Assembly (NCBI GenBank): GCA_902790015.1 | Contig: CADAQF010000058.1 | Span: 1-13,252 of the forward strand | Source of the DNA: an uncultured Eubacteriales bacterium | Lineage (GTDB): Bacteria > Bacillota > Clostridia > Christensenellales > Aristaeellaceae | Direction: 5' to 3' | Length of the DNA: 13,252 nt | Shown here: positions 7,205 through 13,252 of the stretch, piece by piece | How positions within the stretch are numbered: the first letter of the stretch is position 1 | How the letters are laid out: each line of letters begins with the position of its first letter | The notes under the pieces: model-generated | What the model was told of the DNA's origin: nothing | Database searches by the model: none | The model's input: the letters and a program-made list of their open reading frames with translations, nothing else | Position numbers and translations under genes: made by a program

Positions 7205-8815
7205 TCATTCCCGCGCGAACCGGCGAAGCCTTCTGGGGAGGTCAGTCTTTTTGACCGCGCCGGTCCAAAGCGCTGCGGCAAAATACACCGCCACCGCCGC
7301 CGCAATGACGGCCAGCAGCTTTATAAGGGACTCCCCCACCGCCTGCCGTCCCCACAGCTTTTCAAGCGCGAACACCGCCGCCGCCATCACGGCCGTGGCG
7401 ATTCCGGGGCGGATCAGCAGGTCCCCCACGCTCAGCCGCAGGCCCGTGTATTTGGCTACATAATACAGGTTCGGCACCATGCTGACCGTGTAGCACAAAA
7501 GGGAAGCGAACGGCGCCCCGTGGATGTCCACCCCGGGAATATTCACCAGTATGTAGTTGAGCGTCACCTTGCACAGCACGCCCGCCACCAGGGTATACAT
7601 GGGGATGCGGTGCTTTTTGACGCCCTGCAGGATGCCGCTGGTCGCCTGCACCTGCGTGAACAGCACGATCGTCAGCGCGGAAAAGGTCAGAAGCTCCCCG
7701 CCCAGGCGGATCTGCTCCGGGGTGTACCGTCCGCCGCCCAGGTAGAGGGCTGCCAGGATCGGCTCCGCCAGCATGCTCATACCCACCGAGCAGGGCAGGC
7801 CTATGAGGCTGGCCAGCCTCAGGCCCGTGGCGCTTTCCCTTTTCACGTGCTCCTGATCATTGAGCGCTACGCCCGTGGATACGGCGGGCACCAGGTTGAT
7901 GCTCATGGCCATGGCGACGGCGGTGGGCACGTTGATCAGCGGCAGCACCAGCCCCGAATAGATGCCGTAGCGCACCAGCGCCTCCTCGTCGGGCATCCAG
8001 CGGGACATGAGGTTTTTAAGCATATAGCTGTCTATGGTGTTGGCCAGGGGCACGATGCAGCCGCCGATGCTGATGGGGATGGAGATGGCCACCACCTGCA
8101 GCGCCAGCTTTTTATAGGAAACCGGCCTGCGGCTCTCGTCCTGCACGATGGTCTTTAGCTCCGACCCGCTCAGAAAATGGCAGCCCATCATGAACAGCAG
8201 CGCCGCGCCCTCGGCGATGGAGGTGCCCAGCAGCGCGCCCGCCGCGCCCCGGGCGCTGGCGTCCAGCACATCCCGCCCCTGGGCGAACATATGGTTGGCC
8301 ATCGGCAGGGCGATGAACACCTTGCCCACCTGCTCGATCAGCTGGGATACCGCCGTAGGCGCCATCCTCCGCCGTCCCTGCATCTCCCCCCGGAAGGCGC
8401 TCATCACGCACACCAGGAAAAGGCTCGGCGCGATGGACATGAAGCTGAGCCGAGCCTCCGGCGTGCCCACGCCCCTGGCCAGGCTCCCGCTGAACAAAAG
8501 CATAAGCCCGGTCATCACGACGCCCAGCACGGTCAAAAGGATCAGCGACACCCGGAATACCCTTTGGGCGTTCCGCACGTCGCGCTGGGCGACGTAGCCC
8601 GCCACCATGCGGGATATGGCTACCGGAATGCCGGCGGATGATATGGTCAGCATCAGGTTATAGGAAGGGAACACCTGCTGGTATATGCCGATGCCCTGGG
8701 CCCCTATACCGGAAGCCAGGGGGATGCGGTACATGACCCCGACCACCTTGCAGATGAGCCCCGCCAGCCCCAGCAGCGAGATCCCGCCCACCAGATTCTT
8801 CTGTTTCTGTGTCAT
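7205..8815 (-). CDS. MOP-superfamily flippase (polysaccharide biosynthesis protein; YabM/SpoVB/MurJ-like)
   Basis: 536-aa polytopic membrane protein. The N-terminus (NLVGGISLLGLAGLICKVVGVMYRIPLASGIGAQGIGIYQQVFPSYNLMLTISSAGIPVAISRMVA) is typical of SpoVB/YabM-type Wzx/MurJ-like transporters. Synteny with yabO favours a YabM ortholog. The ATG at 8815 is 6 nt from the upstream stop, with GAGGAAG overlapping that stop. Confidence 0.88.
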   Translation of the reverse strand: MTQKQKNLVGGISLLGLAGLICKVVGVMYRIPLASGIGAQGIGIYQQVFPSYNLMLTISSAGIPVAISRMVAGYVAQRDVRNAQRVFRVSLILLTVLGVVMTGLMLLFSGSLARGVGTPEARLSFMSIAPSLFLVCVMSAFRGEMQGRRRMAPTAVSQLIEQVGKVFIALPMANHMFAQGRDVLDASARGAAGALLGTSIAEGAALLFMMGCHFLSGSELKTIVQDESRRPVSYKKLALQVVAISIPISIGGCIVPLANTIDSYMLKNLMSRWMPDEEALVRYGIYSGLVLPLINVPTAVAMAMSINLVPAVSTGVALNDQEHVKRESATGLRLASLIGLPCSVGMSMLAEPILAALYLGGGRYTPEQIRLGGELLTFSALTIVLFTQVQATSGILQGVKKHRIPMYTLVAGVLCKVTLNYILVNIPGVDIHGAPFASLLCYTVSMVPNLYYVAKYTGLRLSVGDLLIRPGIATAVMAAAVFALEKLWGRQAVGESLIKLLAVIAAAVAVYFAAALWTGAVKKTDLPRRLRRFARE

Positions 8816-8821
8816 GCTTCC

Positions 8822-9289
8822 TCACACTATGATATCGATCTCGTCGGCGGAGGGCTCTTCAAACAGTTCCGCGCACTTGGCCCTGAGGCCTTCGTCCACC
8901 TCATAGGCCTGATACCCGTCCTCCCGGATGCGCCGGTTGCGGTCCTGAAGGTTTGCCGCCCACTTTTCGTCGGAAACGGAAAAATACACAAGCTTCACCG
9001 GATACCCGTCGGCCTCCAGTTCACTTCGGACCTTCTCACGCTCTGCCTTTTTCCAAAAGCCCCAGTCCAGTATCACGTCCGCGCCGGCGTGCGCAGCCTG
9101 ACGGGCCACATTTAGAAGATAGGCCTTCACTGCGTCCGTCACCCGGTCGTGCGTCTCTCCTGCAAGCAGGTCCTGAAGCGGCAGCGTCAGCTCATCCACC
9201 GACAGCACCACCGCCGGATGTTCTTTTGTGACCCTTTCGGCATAGCGGGACTTGCCCGACCCGATCTTCCCGCAGTACATCCAGATCAT
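8822..9289 (-). CDS. Small P-loop NTPase / predicted kinase (AAA_33-like)
   Basis: 155 aa. Walker A at the extreme N-terminus (MIWMYCGKIGSGKSRYAE) and a Walker B-like hydrophobic strand plus Asp (ADVILDWGF). The size and layout resemble small nucleotide/sugar/antibiotic kinase-like P-loop proteins. GGGGGA lies 9 nt upstream of the ATG. Confidence 0.72.
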   Translation of the reverse strand: MIWMYCGKIGSGKSRYAERVTKEHPAVVLSVDELTLPLQDLLAGETHDRVTDAVKAYLLNVARQAAHAGADVILDWGFWKKAEREKVRSELEADGYPVKLVYFSVSDEKWAANLQDRNRRIREDGYQAYEVDEGLRAKCAELFEEPSADEIDIIV

Positions 9290-9301
9290 TTTTTCAAATC
9301 C

Positions 9302-9338
9302 CCCTTGCGGTGACAGAATCTCCCTTGCGGTGACAGAA
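9302..9338. repeat. Two perfect 17-bp direct repeats with 20-bp period, directly upstream of the P-loop gene start
   Basis: CCCTTGCGGTGACAGAA occurs at 9302-9318 and 9322-9338. On the minus strand each reads TTCTGTCACCGCAAGGG. The proximal copy supplies the AAGGGGGA Shine-Dalgarno region of 8822..9289. Confidence 0.85.
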
Positions 9339-9342
9339 CAGC

Positions 9343-9381
9343 ATCAGCCCGTGCCGGGATTCCGCCCTGGCACGGGCTGAT
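9343..9381 (-). terminator. Long GC-rich hairpin downstream of gyrA (terminator-like, weak U-tract)
   Basis: ATCAGCCCGTGCC (9343-9355) pairs perfectly with GGCACGGGCTGAT (9369-9381), and inner GGG/CCC pairs are possible. The minus-strand tail GCTGTTCTGTCACC has no clean T-run, so a role as an intrinsic terminator is uncertain. Confidence 0.4.
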
Positions 9382-9410
9382 CAGAACAGTCTTAAAGGCA
9401 GTTTTCGCGG

Positions 9411-11990
9411 TCAGATCTCGTCATCCCCGTCCGGAGCGGCGTCTCCGCCCGCGCCGGCGGTATCGTCAGTGTCCCCGGCGCCGTCCAGATCCGGGAAGGC
9501 CTCGCTCTCCCCGTCAGAGAAGGCGGAGGCGGGCTCCGTCTGAGCTATTGCGTCCGGCTCCCTGTCCTCGCGGTCGGCCCGGCAGACGCCTATGACGCGG
9601 CTGCCCTCGGCGATGCGCATCAGCCGCACGCCCTGGCTGGGCCTGCCGCACACGCGGATCTCGCTGACCGGCGTGCGGATGATGGTGCCGTCGTCGGTGA
9701 TCAGCAGGATATCCTCGTCCTCCTGGACCACCAGCTGGGCGGTCAGCAGGCCGGTCTTTTCGTTCAGGCCCATGGCGATGATGCCGCCGCCGCCGCGGTT
9801 GTGCTCGGCGTACAGGTCGGGGCTGGTGCGCTTGCCGTACCCGTTTTCGGAGATGGACAGCACCATGCCGCCCTCCTCCAGCACGCAAAGGTCGATCACG
9901 TAATCGTCTTCCTTCAGGCGCATGGAGCGGACGCCCATGCTGGCGCGGCCCATGGAGCGCACCCGGCTTTCGGCGAAGCGCAGCGCCTTGCCCTGATGGG
10001 TGCCCATCAGCAGCGTGTCGCCCGCCCGGCAGAGCCTGACGCCCACCAGCTCGTCCCCCTCGCGCAGCACCAGGGCGATCAGGCCCTTTTTGCGCAGGTT
10101 TTTGAATTCGTCCAGGTCGGTCTTTTTGATCAGACCGTTGCGGGTGGCCATCACCAGGCTGTAGCTGCCCTCAAGCCTCGGCAGCGGCATCATGGTGACC
10201 ACCTTTTCGCTGGGGCTCAGCTGCAAAAGGTTGATGATCGCGGTGCCGCGCGCCGTGCGCCCGGCCTCCGGCACCTGATAGCAGCGCATGGTGTGCACGC
10301 GGCCTGTGTTGGTAAAGAACAGGATATCCTGATGCGTGTGCACGATGCAGATCTGCTCGGCGTAGTCCTCTTCCCTGGTGCTCATGCCCGAAATGCCCTT
10401 GCCGCCGCGGTTCTGCGCCCGGTAGGCGGACTGGGTGATGCGCTTGACGTACCCGAAGTGGGTCAGCGTCACCACCATGTTTTCGGGGGCGATCAGGTCC
10501 TCCACGTCGATCTCGCCGTCGATGGGCGAAAGCTCGGTGCGGCGCTCGTCGGCGAATTTATCCCGGATGGCGGCCATCTCGTCCTTGACCACGACCATCA
10601 GCTTCGCCTTGTCGGCCAAAAGGCCCTCCAGGTAGGCGATGTCCTTTTCGATCTCGTCGTACTCTGCCTGCAGCTTGTCCGCCTCCAGGTTGGTGAGCCG
10701 GGCCAGGCGCATGTCCAGGATGGCCTGGGCCTGCTTGTCCGAAAAACCGAACTGGGCCATCAGGGCGTCCTTGGCGGTGGGCGTGTCCCGGCTCGTGCGG
10801 ATGGTGTGGACCACCGCGTCGATATTGTCCAGCGCCTTTAAAAGCCCTTCCAGGATGTGGGCGCGGGCGCGGTCTTTTTCAAGGTTGTAGCGGCAGCGGC
10901 GGGTCAGCACGTCGTCCTGGTGCTTCACATAATAGTAAAGCATGTCCCTGAGCGACAGCACCCGGGGCGTGCCGTCCACCAGTGCCAGCATATTGACGCC
11001 GAAGGTGTCCTGCAATTGGGTGTGCTTGTACAGGTAGTTGAGCACCACCGCCGGCTGCACGTCCCTTTTAAGCTCGATGACGACGCGCATGCCGTTGCGG
11101 TCGGACTCGTCGCGGATGTCGCTGACGCCCTCCAGCTGCTTTTCCCGCACCAGCTCGCCGATCTTTTCGACCAGGCGGGCTTTGTTGACCATGTAGGGGA
11201 TCTCGGTGATCACGATGCGGGCGCGGTCGTGCCCCATGTCCTCCACCTCGGACCTGGCGCGCACGATGATATGGCCCTTGCCGGTGTAATACGCCTCGCG
11301 GATGCCCGCCATGCCCAGTATCACGCCGCCCGTCGGGAAATCGGGGCCCTTTATGTATTCCATCAGCTCCGCCACGTCGGCGTCGGGATGGTCGATCAGG
11401 TGAATGGCGCCGTCGATGACCTCGCGCAGGTTGTGGGGCGGGATGTTGGTGGCCATGCCGACGGCGATGCCCTGGGAGCCGTTCACCAGCAGGTTGGGGA
11501 AGCGGGAGGGAAGCACGGTGGGCTGCAGCAGCGTTTCGTCGAAGTTGGGCATGAAATCGACGGTATCCTTGTCGATATCCTGCATCATGTAGGTGCAGAT
11601 CCTGCTCATGCGGGCTTCCGTGTAACGCATGGCCGCAGCGCCGTCGCCGTCCACGGAGCCGAAGTTGCCCTGGCCCTCCACCAGCGGATAGCGGATGGAA
11701 AAGTCCTGCGCCAGGCGCACCATGGCGTCATATACCGAGGCGTCCCCGTGGGGGTGGAATTTGCCCAGCACGTCGCCCACGATGCGGGCGGACTTGCGGA
11801 AGGGCTTGTCGGGCGTCATGCCCAGCTCGTTCATATCGTAGAGGATCCGGCGGTGCACCGGCTTGAGGCCGTCGCGTACGTCCGGCAGCGCCCGGTTGAT
11901 GATGACCGCCATCGCGTAGGCGATGAACGAGGTTTTCATTTCGCTTTCCAGGTCCGCCGGCAGCAGCCGGTCGTTGATTTCACTGGCCAT
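9411..11990 (-). CDS. gyrA: DNA gyrase subunit A
   Basis: 859 aa. Canonical N-terminus ([31 protein letters not shown]). QRDR motif [17 protein letters not shown]. Catalytic Tyr context [11 protein letters not shown] GyrA-box (QNRGGKG) in the C-terminal beta-pinwheel distinguishes GyrA from ParC. It lies downstream of gyrB. Confidence 0.98.
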   Translation of the reverse strand: MASEINDRLLPADLESEMKTSFIAYAMAVIINRALPDVRDGLKPVHRRILYDMNELGMTPDKPFRKSARIVGDVLGKFHPHGDASVYDAMVRLAQDFSIRYPLVEGQGNFGSVDGDGAAAMRYTEARMSRICTYMMQDIDKDTVDFMPNFDETLLQPTVLPSRFPNLLVNGSQGIAVGMATNIPPHNLREVIDGAIHLIDHPDADVAELMEYIKGPDFPTGGVILGMAGIREAYYTGKGHIIVRARSEVEDMGHDRARIVITEIPYMVNKARLVEKIGELVREKQLEGVSDIRDESDRNGMRVVIELKRDVQPAVVLNYLYKHTQLQDTFGVNMLALVDGTPRVLSLRDMLYYYVKHQDDVLTRRCRYNLEKDRARAHILEGLLKALDNIDAVVHTIRTSRDTPTAKDALMAQFGFSDKQAQAILDMRLARLTNLEADKLQAEYDEIEKDIAYLEGLLADKAKLMVVVKDEMAAIRDKFADERRTELSPIDGEIDVEDLIAPENMVVTLTHFGYVKRITQSAYRAQNRGGKGISGMSTREEDYAEQICIVHTHQDILFFTNTGRVHTMRCYQVPEAGRTARGTAIINLLQLSPSEKVVTMMPLPRLEGSYSLVMATRNGLIKKTDLDEFKNLRKKGLIALVLREGDELVGVRLCRAGDTLLMGTHQGKALRFAESRVRSMGRASMGVRSMRLKEDDYVIDLCVLEEGGMVLSISENGYGKRTSPDLYAEHNRGGGGIIAMGLNEKTGLLTAQLVVQEDEDILLITDDGTIIRTPVSEIRVCGRPSQGVRLMRIAEGSRVIGVCRADREDREPDAIAQTEPASAFSDGESEAFPDLDGAGDTDDTAGAGGDAAPDGDDEI

Positions 11991-12038
11991 TTCGTAAATC
12001 CTTTCAATAATGCTCTGGCAAGGGGTTTTCCCGGATTC

Positions 12039-12698
12039 TTACAGGGCCGGGCCGGAGAACAGCACGCTTTTTTCATACAGCCTGATTTCGGGGACGCCGC
12101 TTAACGCCATTTGGCGCAGCGCCCGGTCAAGCCCGCCCTGCTGCACCGCCGTCACATAGGCGGACACCGCGCCGTTTTCCGTTCTCACAAACGAGCACAG
12201 CGCCTCGGCGCCGCTCATGAACGTCAGGTGGATCAGGCAGTATCGGGGCATATTGTCCGCGGGCGCGGGGAACGCCGTGCCGCTGCGCAGGGCGGCCGCG
12301 GCGGACAAAAACGCCTGCGGCGCGCCGCTGTTGACCATATTGGCCAGCGACGCCGGGATGCCCTCCCTGAGCTTTCCGAGCACCTTCCCGTCAAGCCTTT
12401 CGCAGTCCACGCCCGAAGCGGACAGCCAGGCTTCAAAAAACCCGTCTCTGAGCGCGTACAGACAGGCCTCCCGCAGGGCTGTGCGGGCGTGCGTCCCCAT
12501 GCGCTGTATCTCTCCCTGCGCCGCGGCGTCCAGCCCGTAGAGCTTTATATACTGCGGGTCCGCCGCGCAGGCGTCCATCAGGGCGCACAGGTCCAAAGCC
12601 TGATTAAGCAGCGTTTCGTGCGTATCGGCCCGGGCCGCGCGGCACACGGCCGCCGTCAGCAGCAGGCATAAAACAAGCGCGGTTATCTTTCGGCTCAT
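12039..12698 (-). CDS. Hypothetical exported protein (signal peptide, Cys-containing, no recognisable domain) between gyrB and gyrA
   Basis: The track ORF 12039..12884 overlaps the gyrB 3' end, and its first 62 residues are His/Arg-rich junk. The internal ATG at 12698 is preceded by GGAGAA with 4 nt spacing (GGAG core 6 nt from the ATG) and starts a classic signal peptide, MSRKITALVLCLLLTAAVCRAARA|DTHE. It begins 20 nt after the gyrB stop and ends 48 nt before the gyrA ATG, with no hairpin/T-tract in either gap. Confidence 0.65.
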   Translation of the reverse strand: MSRKITALVLCLLLTAAVCRAARADTHETLLNQALDLCALMDACAADPQYIKLYGLDAAAQGEIQRMGTHARTALREACLYALRDGFFEAWLSASGVDCERLDGKVLGKLREGIPASLANMVNSGAPQAFLSAAAALRSGTAFPAPADNMPRYCLIHLTFMSGAEALCSFVRTENGAVSAYVTAVQQGGLDRALRQMALSGVPEIRLYEKSVLFSGPAL

Positions 12699-12718
12699 CC
12701 TGTTCTCCGATTTTTCGT

Positions 12719-13252
12719 TTACAGATCCAGATCGGTAACCATCTTGCTGTTCTGGATGATAAAGTCCCGCCGGGGCTCCACCTTGTCGCCCATCAGCAGG
12801 GAAAACACCTCGTCGGCGGCGATGGCGTCGTTCAGGGTGAACTGCTTCATGGTGCGGGTCTCGGGGTTCATGGTGGTGGACCACAGCTGCTCGGAGCTCA
12901 TCTCGCCAAGGCCCTTGTAGCGCTGGATCTCAGGCTTTTGGTCCCGACCGATCTCGTTGAGCTTCTGCTGCAGCTCCTCGTCGTCGTACACATACCATTC
13001 CTGCTTGCCCCGGGTGATCTTGTACAGGGGCGGCATGGCGCTGTATACGTAGCCCTGCTTGATAAGCTCCGGCATGTAGCGGTAGAAGAACGTCAGCATC
13101 AGGATGCGGATGTGCGCCCCGTCCACGTCGGCGTCGGTCATGCAGACGATGCGGTGGTAGCGCAGCTTGCTGATGTTGAAATCGTCCCCGATCCCGCAGC
13201 CGAAGGCGGTGATCATGTTCTTGATCTCCTGGTTCATCAGCATCTTGTCCAT
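12719..13252 (-). CDS. gyrB: DNA gyrase subunit B, C-terminal part (5' end lies beyond the window)
   Basis: The Toprim/tail region includes [46 protein letters not shown] and a C-terminal [19 protein letters not shown]. The ORF is open to the window edge at 13252. The stop codon is at 12719-12721. Confidence 0.97.
   Translation of the reverse strand: MDKMLMNQEIKNMITAFGCGIGDDFNISKLRYHRIVCMTDADVDGAHIRILMLTFFYRYMPELIKQGYVYSAMPPLYKITRGKQEWYVYDDEELQQKLNEIGRDQKPEIQRYKGLGEMSSEQLWSTTMNPETRTMKQFTLNDAIAADEVFSLLMGDKVEPRRDFIIQNSKMVTDLDL

Noticed and set aside
8822-9289. Zeta-toxin-like kinase of a toxin-antitoxin module
   Set aside because: No small antitoxin ORF lies adjacent. The upstream 120 nt hold only a hairpin and direct repeats, and the downstream gene is a 536-aa flippase. 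At 155 aa the protein is shorter than zeta toxins as I recall them. The resemblance is limited to the generic P-loop.
12699-12884. N-terminal 62-residue extension of the 281-aa ORF (12039..12884)
   Set aside because: It overlaps the conserved 3' end of gyrB in another frame and encodes His/Arg/Pro-rich junk. An internal ATG at 12698 with a GGAGAA RBS begins a textbook signal peptide, so the shorter gene is called.

Overview
GC-rich, Firmicutes/Clostridia-like chromosomal segment (taxonomy is inference from protein motifs and gene order). All 10 supportable genes are on the minus strand. Read in the direction of transcription (high to low coordinates), the units are as follows. (1) gyrB (3' part, runs off the window), then an unknown 219-aa signal-peptide protein, then gyrA. 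(2) A small P-loop kinase-like protein, then a MOP-family (YabM/SpoVB-like) flippase, then the S4-domain protein RqcP/YabO. These three are tightly packed and look translationally coupled. (3) A roughly 200-bp tandem array of perfect 11-bp-stem hairpins. (4) Two separately transcribed paralogous secreted proteins, each with two SH3b-like domains. (5) A three-gene ABC importer (binding protein, fused double permease, MalK-type ATPase) with a strong hairpin/T-tract terminator after the binding-protein gene. The first ~180-215 nt are non-coding and AT-rich. Most of the window is housekeeping. I see no recognisable defence system, CRISPR array, transposase or integrase. The best candidates for something undescribed are the hairpin repeat array with compensatory stem substitutions, the exported protein inside the gyrBA operon, and the tandem double-SH3b paralogs with a conserved inter-domain motif and acidic tails. 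All long plus-strand ORFs look like antisense shadow ORFs of the GC-rich minus-strand genes.
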